In this document: positions 36,422-58,144 of the stretch, one piece after another
Layout of the letters: every line of letters starts with the position of its first letter
Numbering within the stretch: position 1 is the first letter of the stretch
Source of the DNA: Chrysomallon squamiferum
Taxonomy: Eukaryota > Animalia > Mollusca
Direction of reading: 5' to 3'
NCBI GenBank assembly: GCA_012295275.1
Contig: CM022674.1
Location: forward strand, 11,532,001 to 11,596,000
DNA: 64,000 nt
Translations under genes and position numbers: made by a program
The notes under the pieces: generated by a model
Told to the model about the DNA's origin: nothing
Databases searched by the model: none
Seen by the model: the letters and a program-made list of their open reading frames with translations, nothing else

Positions 36422-38235
36422 CATAATCATATTATATTATCCTAATAATCATCTTCATTTTTCATTTGTTATCGTACTGTTACTATAATTATTATCATCA
36501 GAGAGACACACATACAAATACAGAAACAGATGGATGGATTGATGTACAGAAAGATGTATAGGTACAGTTATGCAAGAGATAAGATAGATGTACAGAAAGA
36601 ATACAGACAGACAGACTCTAAAATGGACAAATGCAAACAAAAATAAAAAGAGGCTACAGACATATATTCATATAGACCAAAGAACTGTTAGATAGTAGTA
36701 AATAAATAAACACATTCACACCCCACACACATACAGACACACACACACAAACACATACACACAGACACACACACGCACACACACACACACAATTCTGATA
36801 GCCACATCGGCTGAAATCTTATGTTTAAGTTTTACCTAAACCTACACTGATGATCAGTACATGTGTCTAGCTGTTTAATCTCTTTCTTAACACGTACTTG
36901 TATCCATTCAGTAACACATTATTTTTATTATAGTTTTCTTTCTCATGGTCAACATGATCTTAATCATATCTTTTATATTATTTTATTATGTTTGCATAGA
37001 CTTATACAGTTGATTTCAGTACTAAAACTAATTTCGAGTTCTTATTTACCTTTACATCTTGTTTTTTTTCCATCATTATCACCATTGTAGTATATCATCA
37101 CACATTATCAGCACCATCATTTTGTCACTATTATCATCATCACTGTACTGGAATGGAATCATCATCATTGTACCAGAATTAGAATTGTCATCAATATCAT
37201 TGTATTTATTATTATTTTTATATCATGTCTTCTATAGAATAGTTTATCAGAACTTCTGGAAGTAGGAAAGAAATCATGAGGTTATTATTTTTATTATTTG
37301 TTTTATTTTATTAATGGACAGTGTATGAGTATCAAACTTCATACATTATTAGGTTAATGGTAATTATGGTCTGTTAATATCATTTACTCAACTATTTAAA
37401 TTAGATCAGTATCAAAGCATCCTGTACATATATCACAGATTAAACATGGAAGCATTTACCAAGGCCTTTAATCAGCTAGATCTGTGGTATTAATACAAAT
37501 TATTCACACACACAGACACAAACACACACTAAATGTTAAAACCAGAAAAAAAAAGTATATACAAAAAGGTAATTGTAAAGTCATTTTTCTAAATTACATT
37601 CATTTGAATAAAAACACACTGACATAAAATAAAATTAAATGACAGTATCTAATCCACAATGAATTGTACACTTTTAAATACTATAATAAAGATAATTATA
37701 CCTTTAATATATATTTACAAAGGCTTAACCAGATAATATTTTTATTTTATAAATTTTCAATACCTTTAAGAGTTGATATGCTAAACCTCATTGGTTGTCG
37801 TCCAATCAGCAAGCTGATAGTATTTGTCTACAGTGAAATTGCAGTAGACACATTTGTTATGAGACAATAATATTAACTAAAACTATCTAAATAGTTTAAT
37901 AAAATAAAAAAAAATTTACATAAAAGGGAATGAATTTTATAAATTTGAATAAATAAATATGTAATAAACTAAAATTTAAACGGACAAACAAAAACATACA
38001 AAAAAAAATAAAAAAAATAATACAATATAACAAATTTCTAAAAACGCCCAAATCAGTTACTGTCAAATGATTGAAATAGTATTCTGAGGCTTTGAACAAC
38101 TTACTTCTCAATTATGAATTAAATATATATTTATTCAAAATCTTATTTAATTTGAGCCCGGAGATCGTCATTAAGGGCAAATATTACAGCGATCCGATAA
38201 TCCGCACTTCGTGTGCCACTGCCAGCGTTACGTTT

Positions 38236-38326
<91 letters not shown>

Positions 38327-38382
38327 CTTGCTTATTATTTGAAATAAATATAATTACAGACATTGCAAGGCATTTTCACATC

Positions 38383-38434
<52 letters not shown>

Positions 38435-39401
38435 TCTAAATCAGCTCATTATTTATTTATTTATTGATAATTAATGTTTGATAATAAAAATTGTATAATA
38501 TAAATACTTAATTTAGTATTATTGCATAACAACTATTCTAATAATAGCAACTGATTATCATGACGTAATCACTATTATTACGTAACCTTAGAAGTAACCA
38601 TACCTCCCAGGCCCGAAAGATTATAAAAAGATCAACTGTAAGTACATGTCGGCCATCGCTGATCCGGATTCACTAATCCTGTTCCACTAATCCGGCATTA
38701 AATTTTGCTAACATAATTTCAAATGTCCAGTGTTACCGCACTAACTTGTTGCTAATATTTAGTACCGCTTCTTGCTACCTGGATATACCTGGCTTCACTT
38801 GTTAAACATAGGCAAGTCATTCCAGTTTGTGTTTCTCCATTTTTTGTTATAATCAATTATTATTTTAACCATGGAGATGCTTCACGTTCTGTACAGCGCA
38901 AACACCGTAACTGGCCACTGAAAAATATGGTTGAACAAGGAAAAAAAAAAAAAAGTTCAAATACTGTATTTAGCAGTTTTTGAAAAGCGGTGGTGAGCTT
39001 TCGATTTAAGGGTATTCGAGCTAACCACTCTATTATCCCCGCAAAATCACAAATTGGCCATCCTGAAGATCTCACTGATGCCGAATTAGTGATGGTCGAC
39101 CTGTATTATTTTAGACAATGTTACAATTCATATTAAATGAGTACTATAATATCATCTAATCATTTTATTATTTAAAACTGAGTTAATGTCAAGTATCATC
39201 ATTGAAATATAACATCGTGAATCAGTTTTTAACTTTCCCGTCATAATGATTTAAATTTTATAAAATTCTAGTCAAATCTGACAGGCAGGTGGTGCTGTAT
39301 GTGACAGTGAGTTTCATCATTATGACGTCATTCGTATTATGACGTCATAGACGAACGAGATTTACAAATCCTTTTTATCGTAACGTCGTCGTCAGCCGTT
39401 C

Positions 39402-40504
39402 CTATCGTGCCGTGGCTTTCACCCAGAGTCCACTCTGAGCTTTCATTATACCTAGTGGAAGTCGCTTAGGCTCGTGAGTCGAATCTATCTCAAGTTTGAA
39501 TCTGAGAAATAATAATAAGAATGGTTGGTATTCACCTTTTTATAGAAAAGTTAAATTATAAAATAAGTAAAAAATAGCTATGATATGTTCTAAGAAACCA
39601 TGACGACAGCTACAGTAATATATAAATAAATAAATCTATAAATCTATAAATAATAATAATAATAATAATATACTAACACTATTACTACTAATAATAATAC
39701 TGATCATCATCTTCATCATAAACAAAAACACGTAATTATGTCCACTTATGTCTTACCTTCTTAATACCCTTGCGACCACAACCTTATCTTCGTTCATTGC
39801 GAAATGTTGACCAATACAGTTCCTAATAAATAAATAAATAATATACTTCTGAATATAGCTTTAATACTTATTCTCAAATATTTGGTATTGACATTCACTA
39901 AATGAAAATATTGCAGCTTCATTGCTGCCTTTGTTATATGCGTGTGTGTGTGTGTGTGTGTGTGTTTGTGTGTGTAATAGCATAGTATAGTTTAGCATAG
40001 TATAATATAGTTAAATGTAATATAATATATGACGATGATGATAAATTCACCTTTGTCCAGCCAGAAAAGGCAAAAACGCATACTGATCCATTTTTTCGAC
40101 ATTGTCTGGTAAAAACCGGTCCGGGTCAAAAATCTCGGGCTCGGACCAGACATGAGGGTTGTGATGGAGTCCATAAATGCTGATCACAATGACAGTGCCC
40201 GCGGGATAAGAAATTCCATCAAACTCGAGTTCATGAGTTAAAATGCGAGACAGGAATGGAACTGGGGAATGGAACCTTAAACCCTCTTTGACACAGCGAC
40301 CCAGGAATTCAAGATTTGGAAGATCGTCCCTAAAAAAAAAAAAGAGAGAGAAAAAAAAAGAAGATTAATGACGTCACAGGATTAAATATTATTAATATTA
40401 TAAACTTATTATTCATACTAATATAGCGTCAAAAGATAATAATAATAATTGTGATAATGATGATGATGATGTTGAGTATGATGATAATAATTATAATAAC
40501 TGTA

Positions 40505-40548
<44 letters not shown>

Positions 40549-40797
40549 AATAATAATAATAAACCTTCAAGACCGAATAAATAAATAAATAAATAATTGA
40601 ATAAATAAATGAATAAAATAACTTACCACGTCACTTCTTGGTCATCTCCTAGGACGTCATCAAGCTCTGACTGAATTTTACTCTGAAAATTCGGATATTT
40701 TGCCATGGAATACAACGTCCACGAGATGGCGCTAGCGGTAGTGTCGTGACCTTTAAAACAACAGAACAAGGACAAAATAATAAAATAAAAAAAAAAA

Positions 40798-40869
<72 letters not shown>

Positions 40870-41084
40870 AAGAAGAAAAACAACAACAACAACAACGCAA
40901 CAACTAATATAAGCTATTGCAGCTGTATATTAATAATATAGTAGTGATAGTAATAATAGTAGCTATGTTGCAATAGTAGTCGTGGTGGTAGTAATAGTAG
41001 TAGTAACAATAGTATTATAGTAGTATCACTACAGCTGCAATAGCTTATATTAGTTGTTGCGTTGTTGTTCTTGTTGTTTTTGTT

Positions 41085-41115
<31 letters not shown>

Positions 41116-42188
41116 TTATTATTATTATAGTAGTAGTAGTAGTTGCTGTTGTTGTAACACTAGCAGCAGTAGGTGTGGTTATGTTCTGTTTTTTCTTGAA
41201 CTCATCGTTGTCATTTGCCTTCGTTGTCGTGGTGTGGGTTGTTATTTATATTATTATCATCACATTTTTAATTATTATTTTAAATTCAACAACTCTCTTA
41301 TTTTTTCCAGGTATCCTTTATTTGTGCCGGTATGTGGATAATCCGATTATCTCCTTAATGAGCGATAATGCCATTCATAAAACAAATTTACCTTCGAAAA
41401 GAAAAGTGTCCACCTCGTTTCTGATTTCTTGTTGAGAAAGACCCATTCCAGCTTCGTCTCTGACAGTGAGCAGAATATCGAGAAAGTCTAGCTGCTTTTT
41501 CTTAGGAACTTCTCCTTTTCCCTGCTAAACAACAAATAAAACTCTTAAAACTAAAAGACAAGTGATAAAAAAAATTATAATTAAAAAATTATTAAAAAAA
41601 AAAAAAAAAAAAAATAGATACAAAAATAAATAATAAATAATAATAGCAAGAACATTAACAATAACAATAAAAAAAATAAATAAATAAAAATATAAATAAA
41701 TAGAAAAGAAATTGTATGGAGTGGATTTAGTTCCTTACTTGACAACAACATCCCCTCCAAAAAAAAAAAATAAAATAAACACCCACTGTGTGTATCATAT
41801 ATTAATCATTCATTAAAAACATTAATCGTACTCTATCCAGTGGTAAATAAATACATAAATAAACAATTAAAAAAGAGAGATAAAGAAAACAATCAGTCAA
41901 TCAATCAATGAAAAAAAGCGAGCTATTGAGGAAGCAGATAAATAAGATGAAATAAAATAGATAAACGACCAGACAAATAAACAAACAAACAAAACAAAAA
42001 AACACCCAAAGTAAACAAACATTGAAATGACATGCAGTAGACTCCTACCAGTGTTTTTCTGCGTGTTTCGATCAGGTCTTCTGCAATCCGATGGACATAT
42101 TTGCAGTTTTTCATGAATTGTTTCGACAGAGGAGTCAGATAAAAAATAAAATCAGGATTTAATACGGGATTCCTGAAATATATTTAAA

Positions 42189-42243
<55 letters not shown>

Positions 42244-44258
42244 AATCGGCAGATTAATAACAATAACAGCAGTTACATAAAAAAAAAAAAAAAAAAAAAA
42301 AATTCATAATACCATCGCCATCATCTCAATTGCCATAAATGACGATAATAATGTTGATGATGATGATGATGATAATAATAATAATAATGATTATACTATT
42401 ATCAATAATAACTGTTAAAAATGATGAACAAATTGATGGTAGTGATGACATACACAATAAAATAATAGTAGCACTAGTAGTAATAGTAATAGTAGTAGTA
42501 GTTGTAATAGTAGTAGTAGTAGTGGTAGTAGTATTAGTAACAGCAATAGCAGCAGAAGTAGTAGAAATAGAGCAGTAGCAGAAATAGTAGTAGTGGTAGT
42601 AGCAGTAGTAGTAATAGTACCATTAATAGTAATAGTAGTAGTAGTATAGTAGTAGAATAGTAATAATAGTAACGATGGTGGTAGTAGTAGTAGTAATTGC
42701 ATACACTTACATCTGTCTCTTTATGCTTATACCCAACATTTCTTTCACAGCTTTCAAATATGGGTGAGCATCTCTGAAAATAAACAAACAAGTCAAATGA
42801 TGTTAGTAAATAAGTATGTAAGTAAAGAAATTAAGGTTAGTAAATAAAAAAAAGAAATATATTTATTTACATATATATAAATAATAGTATAGCAAGCTGT
42901 CATAGCTCTGCCAAGTGATATCGTGTATGAAAACAGTCAAAAAATACCTGCAAAATAAAAAGATGTATTTCTGTTTCTGTGGTGTCACATGACTAGACAG
43001 GTAATATGTAAAAGGGTACTATATTACTCTTTTAAATATCTCTGCCGTATGTACAGCTAATCTTAAACTAACCTTATACGATTTACCCAGTGTTCTGTAC
43101 ATAGCCACAATTATTATATTAAAAACTGAATGTTAAGGATAACGACAAAGCGCTCATTAAATTTACTTTTTCTGTATCTTTGTCATCTGCACAGTTAATG
43201 TTAATGCAGTGAATCGATATATCGCTGTAATGATTATTTGAAAACAGTTAATGTTAACTGTGTGCAATGACCCGATATATCGCTATAATGATTATATGAA
43301 AACAGTTAATGTTGAAAATCAGTTAAATCAACACTTACCCAAATTTCTGAACGTCAGCGTCGTACGACATGGCGCACTGCAGAATGATGTCCAGAGTACA
43401 GAAACTGACCAAGTTATAAATATCAAAACTTTCCCCAGTTTTAGCGTACTGGTCAATCTGGGCCTGCAGTAAATAAATAAATAAATAAATAAATAAATAG
43501 TGAATGAATGGATGAATAAATAAATAAATAAGCAAATGAATGAATGAATGAACAAATAAATAAATAATGATGATGATGATAACGACTACGATGTTAACAG
43601 TAATAACTACCACAACATCACCACCAACAACAACAATAATAATCTTACAGCTGTATAGGACATCCGTCCGTCTGTCCGTCTATCTGTATTTCATAATTCT
43701 GTTTAAAATCCATTTAAACTTTCGTTCACTGACACTGTTGATTATGAGTTCATCTCTAAATATAATTAAGTAATTCATTTATTCCATTCAGGTAAAATCC
43801 ACCCATCTATCCTTTCATTTATCCTTTCATCCATCCTTTTATCCATCTATCGGTGTCATATAGGTGATTCCGTAAATTCTCTCCTTTTCAAAAATAAAAC
43901 TCTAAAGGGAATCATAAAAGCGAAATTTAAACTAACCAACAATTTGTCGGAACATCGGTTATACACCTGGACGTACGGCTTCAGAATGTCAAAATGAAAA
44001 GCCGGGGTCAAAAGTTTTCTTGCTCTCATCCATCTTGCGCCATTGGCAATCAAAAGACCCTCCCCCAGCCACGGGAGTAGATGTTTGTATCCTCCTGTGT
44101 ACGTGTTTTTGGGTTCTGAAGAGAAGGATATATTGCTAAGATGATGTTTGTAGCAAGTGTTTGTAGTGGTTACGTTAAGACTTTTGTAAGGTCCACGAAA
44201 ATAAATATTAGTTTTTAGACACTTGAATAAAGTAATGTAAAAGAACATACCTCTAAAA

Positions 44259-44346
<88 letters not shown>

Positions 44347-44842
44347 AAAAAAAAATATTTATATTTATTTACATCTGTACATCCGTCTGTATGCAAGGGA
44401 AAATTAAAATATATATGGAAATAGTTACACTAATTACTTCATACGTATATAATGCGTTTCTCCAACAGCCTTTATAAAAAGAGTAGTGTTTGCGTGCTTG
44501 CATGAACATATATATATATATATATGTATGTATGTTTGATTATTTGTTTTATTTTCTTGTCGTTGTTTTTTTTCACTTACCTGAACTCTTTAAAATAACC
44601 TTCATGGTTTCCGGATGATGTACTTTCAGAAGGGGAATACACGGGCCATACCACAATACGTAGCATTTCGGAAATTTTGTTACCATCTCGATTTCGAATG
44701 AAAGACGTCCCTCTGGGTCACGTGGTACCTGCGAGAGAGACAGATTACGTCACTTTAATAATATAACAATAATATAACAATAATATAACAATAAATAAAA
44801 TAAAATAAAATAACAATAAAAATACCAGTAATAATAATAGTA

Positions 44843-44898
<56 letters not shown>

Positions 44899-45198
44899 TG
44901 TCATTAGGATCTTTGTTTATGATTTTTACAGGAGTTTTACGTAGGCTCAAAGTTTACAAGTAGGTCTGGCAGATCTTACGTTGGTCATGGAGCCTGAAAT
45001 CCAGGAAAACCCCGGCATAACGGGACACTTTGCCAGTCGCTTGTGAAGTTTTCTAACTTTCAGCAGTTGTCGAACGATCTTTACGACGACAACGAATGCC
45101 GCTGTCGCTGACGCTGCTTTGAACAGTTTGGATCGTAAGTCATCGTGGTCAGTGAAGAAATGGACCATCCACGAATGTCCAGTTTTTAGTAGATCCAT
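39402..45198 (-). CDS. Cytochrome P450 clan 4 (CYP4-like) paralog A, 11 coding exons, 518 aa
   Basis: Exons 44980-45198, 44581-44728, 43937-44115, 43339-43463, 42711-42773, 42049-42172, 41392-41521, 40627-40750, 40051-40329, 39757-39822, 39402-39501. Motifs [27 protein letters not shown] (CYP4 I-helix), KEGLR (ExxR), FDPDRF, PFLAGQRNCIG (heme). Confidence 0.96.
40825..41128. repeat. Long inverted repeat (about 100-bp arms, 100-bp spacer) in a CYP4-A intron
   Basis: ..CAACAACGCAACAACTAATATAAGCTATTGCAGCTGTA (ends 40927) is the reverse complement of TACAGCTGCAATAGCTTATATTAGTTGTTGCGTTGTTG (starts 41030). Pairing extends into the (AAG)n/(CTT)n and (AAT)n/(ATT)n tracts. Confidence 0.9.
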
Positions 45199-47124
45199 GA
45201 TGTGCACGGGCTGTTTGAAAAAGCAAAGAAAAGGGGAAAGGATAAGTAAATACAAATATTTAATAATTACCTCTGTATACATGTCTACCTCTCAATTCGT
45301 CCGTCCTTCATCCACCCATGCATCCAGTTGTAACTATCAGTTTATCTGCCTCTCTGTCTTTCTATATATCTATCTGTCTCTCTATCTGTATATCCGTCTC
45401 TCTGCCTATCTACTTAACTCTCTAAATATCTGTTAAACTCTGTTATTCTGTTTATCTTTTTCTGTCTGTCTATTCATCCATGCATCCATCATCTATCTGT
45501 GAAATTCTCTATACAAATTAATAAATGAATGAATACCTCAACATTTTTTTAATATTTCGAATTGTTATTAATTATTCATCCATTTTGTGATCCATCATAA
45601 ATCTGTGAAAATTCTCTATACTGTAAAATTAACAAATACAAAATTCACACCTTCCCATAAACACATGCTTTTTCCCATACAGGCTTTCTAGGCTACAGCC
45701 TAGTGCGGCAGTTTGTGAAAATTCTTATTGTCCAGAGTTGGCAACTGTGCGCCTTTCGTGGAGATCGTGCGCTAAATTATCGAGTTGTACGCTTTGTTAA
45801 AATTTGGGCTCTTTTGACCTAATTCAATTAAATGATTAGTACTAAGGATAAATACCTGTTGGACAGGGAAGGGTGAAGTGGGCTCGAAGAGGGGTCGGTA
45901 GCCTATGGGCGACTAGCACAATAAACCCGACACTGATCATGACTTCGACAAAACCAAAACAGGTCAGTGGGTGCTTGGAAGAGGATTTATCCTAAATACC
46001 CGATCCCTCAGTCGTCTGTCGCTCTAATCTTAAAGCTAAAGATTACTCCCAGACTCTCTATGTTTAGCTTAAAGATCGATTTCAGCTGCGAACCACATCT
46101 CCCTTAAGATGACGTAAAACAAGGTAACCAACGGGTTATTTTGTTACACAGGCAGTATCGCATTTATGTCTTGTGCAAACCAAAATACAGGGCAGGGTAT
46201 TTGTACTGAGAAGCCACATTCAGCCAGCTTTTGTGTTACATTTTTTTTTTTCACAAAATAAATACAACTTGGCTACTGTCAACAACATCACCAACAATCA
46301 GTCAGTAAAATTTGTTATGATGTCAAAAAAGAGAGGCAGAAGATAGAAAAAAAAAAAAAAAGAAAAGATGACGATACAGTTTTGTGGTTTTGTCTGGTAG
46401 GCGTGTACTTTTGTTACTTTTTTTAAAATATGGGTTATGACCCATAATTATGGCTTAGTGCGGCGTCATTCATGTTCCACTCTTTCTGACATCATTTGTG
46501 ATTTTTCTTACTGATTGTAGGTTACTGTTGACAGTAGCTAGGGTTGTATTTATTCTGATGAAATAGCACAGTGTGTATGCATATGTTGGAGACAGCGATT
46601 AGTATAGCTATATATATATCCACACACACACACACACACACGTAAGTATATATATATATATATATACGCATGTAGTATGTATGTATGTATATCTGTGTAT
46701 ATATATATATATGTATAGAAAACGATGATTAAAGAGAGAGAAAGATTCACCGATAGATAAAGAGAGTTCGGGAGAGAGAGAGAGAGAGAACGAGCGCAGT
46801 TGTATGAAACTAGTATTACCTGTGTCTGTGGCAACGTGTCACACGTTGCTAATCAATATAATTAACACCTGATTAAAAACTGATGTTAAAATATCTCCAG
46901 AGCTCTTAAACATTATTTCATTCACGAAACCTGGCTAAACTACTGTGGACTACTATCTCTCTGCAGTACTTGTAACACAGCACGGCAACCGAACGCACTC
47001 GGCATATAACCTTGTGTATTAAACTCGAAACAGTCGCACACACCTTTCAGATACTAAAATAACATAATCCTTCTAATCTCAAATCACAGTTTGTATACGT
47101 ATTAATTGATCAATTAAGACTTAC

Positions 47125-47240
47125 CTGTCTGGTGTCAACAAGAAAACACTCTGCCTGCGACAGTTACCGCGTGAACGTTGTTCAGCTTACGTTGTTATTG
47201 TTAAGCACGGTTCACGATTAGATTCGTGTCACTGATTTCA
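47125..47240 (-). other. Probable non-coding 5'UTR exon of CYP4 paralog A (counterpart ~56543-56690 for paralog B)
   Basis: Consensus donor CAG|gtaagt at 47124. An acceptor lies just upstream of ATG 45198. The motif AGATTCGyGTCACT is shared by 47220-47233 and 56673-56686. Confidence 0.5.
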
Positions 47241-48913
47241 GCTGGAGGCGAGACGAGTGTGTTTATGTACGGGGACTTTCATACACACGAACAGTAGCGT
47301 GGCGAACTTTCGACATATTCGACACATGCATGCACACTGTACAATTTGTCGGGAAGGCAAAACTCAGTAGATTCTTATTCAAGCTGTTATAAACTTGATT
47401 TTATTTATTACGCATGTTTGTTGGGTTTTTTTATGTTTTAATTTGTGTACACACGTATTTTTCTGTATCTGCGTGCTATTTTCAATATATTTATACTTTT
47501 ATAGGTTTCTCCACGTTCATATTTACATATTCTTCAATAATGTAAAAATAACATATGCATCCATATGATGCACTTACGAACGACCTCTCGGAAGCGAACC
47601 TATTCGTGAGCAGATGAGTTTTGTATAAACAAAGTATTGGCAATCACAGCAGTAATATTTAATGATTTTCTGTTAACAGGTTGTTATTGGGTTTTTTTAC
47701 GTTTATAATCTGCTGTGTAATTTTCTGATGTCATTACCTTCGCTGTCGTTGGTCATCGATTTTTTACATCATTATTCATCGTATACTCATTCTTACGGTT
47801 TATAGGCAAGAACAATACAAGCAAAACTCTACTTATTTTGAACAGATGTTTCGTGATATATGGAGTGTATATATATTCGGTTTTAGCTTTAGTAAAAACG
47901 AGAAACGTTTCAAAATAATCTACTTATGAGAACTTACACGTGATGTTGTTGCCACAAATATTGTGGTTAATTAATGAAATTTGTTTAATTATATTTCATC
48001 ACAAGAACAGAAAATATTGATTTTAATATTTCATTGTATTTAGTTACGATTTTCCGATTTTTTGAATTTATGTCTTGTGACGGTAATGGTATTAGTATAT
48101 TACGTTGCATTAGATATTATTAATACTTTAATTTATTCTCTTAGTCTAATGGTAGTGTCGGCCGTAGACATATGCATGCAAGAATGCGTGTGTGTGTTTT
48201 TGTGTGTGTGTGTGTGTATGTATATGTGTGTGTGTATGTGTGTGTGTGTGTGTATATGTGTGTATGTGTGTGTATAATGTATGTATGTATGTGTGTGTAT
48301 GTTTGTGTGCGTGTATGTATGTGTGTGTATGTGCGTGCGGTTGTGCGTGTGTTTGTGCGTGTGTATGTATGTGTGTATGTGTATGTGTTTGTGTGTGTGT
48401 GTGTGTGTGTGGCTGCATGTTTTAAATATTTCTTTCTAAAAGAAAATTATTATTTGAGAACACGCTCGAATAAGAGGACAATGCCCTTCATATATGACGT
48501 CATATACGTATCAAATATCTGACAAGTTTTAAACGCATGCATCTAGTCATACCTCAAAATTAAAAACCCCATTATGCATTATTAATCAGATGGACTAATC
48601 AAAATTGTTGGTAATGTACATATAAGTAAATTTTGTTTTATTTAATCTGTCTACGTATATTGTATTGTTTTTCCTTCAATGCTTGTCACACAACTGTAGT
48701 TAGGCTAAACAGTGCCAGTAATTCAGTCAAACAAATGCAGCGAACAACAATGACCCAGCCAAACAAAGGTCATGAAGTGATGATAGACTATTCTGATGCA
48801 ATAGTATAACATAATGTAAAAAACCTGCATGCGTTGGATTGTTCGTGCGTTCCAAACTACTGACTGAGTGAAACGTATAAGGCTCTGAGTAAGAAAAAAA
48901 ACCAAGAGGAACT

Positions 48914-49033
<120 letters not shown>

Positions 49034-49436
49034 CTCTCTCTCTCTCCCACACATTAGATATATATATATATATATATCACACGCATTATATACACACTTA
49101 TATATAGATACACATACTCTCTCTATATATTTCTTTTTCAAAGGCGTGTTTTTTTTCTTCAAAATCACAGTAAATATTCATAAAATATCAATGTTGAAAA
49201 GAAAAGAAAGCCAGCGAGCAGTAATATATTTATCCATAATAAAATATTTGTCATCGTGTTTAACAGCATAATAATATCGTCACAAAATAAAATGTCACTT
49301 CATTTGTTCATTACCATAAAACAACATTATAAAATCATCATCAGAACAGTAATAATATTTATAACAAATGGACATACTATACAGTTATTAACAAGGCAAT
49401 TTTTGTTATTATGACGCAATCATTATTATTACGTCA

Positions 49437-56012
<6,576 letters not shown>

Positions 56013-56893
56013 CGTAAATAGCTAAATCAATAAACAAATAAGTAAGTAAGTAAAAAAATAACGAAAGCAAAAAAGAAATAAATGTAATAACCTAAATAGG
56101 AATTATATTTTAAAATTATGTAAGTACTTATATAACATATATATATATATGTTATATATATGCGTGTGTGTATGTGTGTGTATATGGGTGTCTATACACA
56201 CGTTACACACATTACACACATACGCAACACATATACTTTCATCCATATATATGCAAACACAATAACATTACAGTATGCATAATATATAAAAACGTATCGG
56301 AAAACCTTTTACTGATGTTTTTCAATTAAAAATACACGAACGAATAACTGACAGTAAAAGTTGTGTTTATGGACAGACAGATAGACATTCACCTGCGACA
56401 TACATACAGAGCCGCGGAAAACTCGGCGATGTAAATTATTTAATATTAAATCTCGGACAATCAAACAAATAGATTACTAAGAGCGATATACGGTAACCCT
56501 ACTTTTACCTTGATAGTGTATTAATTAATCTGTTAAGACCTACCTGTGTAAATCTCACCAATTAACAAACATTCTACCTGACGCAGGTGTCGAGTGAATA
56601 TCAGTGAGCTTCTTGTTTGTTGTCATCTGTTCTGTTGTTATTATTATTATTATTATTATTATACACGCCTCAAGATTCGCGTCACTAGTTCTGTGGAAAC
56701 TTTTCTTAGCTATAGTTATACTCCGTGCTTGACCGCGAACTGACCAAAGGCTGGACGCTAATGGGCAATAATCAGTGAGACGGACAAAACAAATCTCTCT
56801 GTGAGTCTGTGAAAAGTGCTTAAGTGAAATGAAAGCCGAAGGAGGCCTGACATGAACACACCATTCACGGGCTGGCGTTTTGTCTGTTTTGGT

Positions 56894-57011
56894 GTTAAGG
56901 ATAGAGGGTTGCAGAGTTAGGGATAGAGGGTTGCAGAGTTAGGGATGGAGGGTTGCAGAGTTAGGGACAGAGGGTTGCAGAGTTAGGGACAGAGGATTGC
57001 AGAGTTTGGGA
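56894..57011 (+). repeat. 22-bp G-rich minisatellite x5
   Basis: Unit GTTAGGGATAGAGGGTTGCAGA. Confidence 0.9.
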
Positions 57012-57236
57012 TTTAAAATGTAAATGTTAGTGTGTTAGAAGATTAGCGAGTTAGATGATTAGTTAGAGACAAGAAGTTGTGATGTTATTATTTTTTTAAT
57101 ATTTAATTTTTTTTAATTTTATATCTCTGCAGTATATTTTCCAACAACAGTGGCAACAAAACAACAACGACAACATCAACAATAAAACAACAACATCAGC
57201 AGCAACAACGACATCAGCAACATCAACACCAACAAA

Positions 57237-57276
<40 letters not shown>

Positions 57277-58144
57277 GCTATTGTTATTATTATTATTATT
57301 ATTCTTTTCATATCATACAAGTGCGTGCGTATTTGAATGTGTTACTGCATTTTGCATGAAATCACTTTACAAAGCAGCCAGTTCGTTGCTACTGAGTAAA
57401 CAAAATTTACTTTCAGTATGAAACGACGTCGTCACTCTTTTTATTGATCTGCCACTGCAGCAGCTGCACTAACAGCTACATTTTGTAGAACAGATATTCA
57501 CATTTTAGCTACTACAACAACTTAAAACACGTAATTTCAGACGTTACATTATATTCATTCACGATTTACCTAAACTAGTCTTACAAACCAAGTAGCTGAA
57601 AGCAGTACTTACGTGAAGTAATTACAACAATGTGAAAGTAGTCTTCGTTTTCTGCTGATGAAATGTTTTATTTCCAATCCCGTTGACGTTTCGGATATAT
57701 GATTCATCACTTGTGTATACATGTCAAGGTTATCTAACACTAAAAAAAAAAAAAAAAAAAAAATAATAATAATAATAAATGAAAAAAAAAATGAATAATA
57801 AAAAGTTGAGCGAGATTGTGTTTTTGTAATGTATTCATTTTATTATCTACATGTATATATTTTAGTGTGATGGGACTGACCATCCATCCGTCCACTGGTC
57901 GTTATGTCCACCAGAGCGCAATGTGTCAACAAGTTTGTGTTAGCAGGTTCGGGTCGAGATGTCACAGCTGATTCCAAGGTTTCACAGTAAACTCCACTGC
58001 TTTTTCTTACTAACACGTGTTAAAATGACGGCTGTTAATATTTTAGTGTTCATTTTTTATTCGTGGACACCATTCATTTTAAAGATAATAAAAATGCCAA
58101 CATTATATAAAGCACTTCATAAACAAATGCTATCTCATATATAC

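Noticed and set aside
56894-57011. Interstitial telomere or chromosome fusion scar
   Set aside because: TTAGGG occurs singly within a 22-bp unit, not as a tandem hexamer tract.
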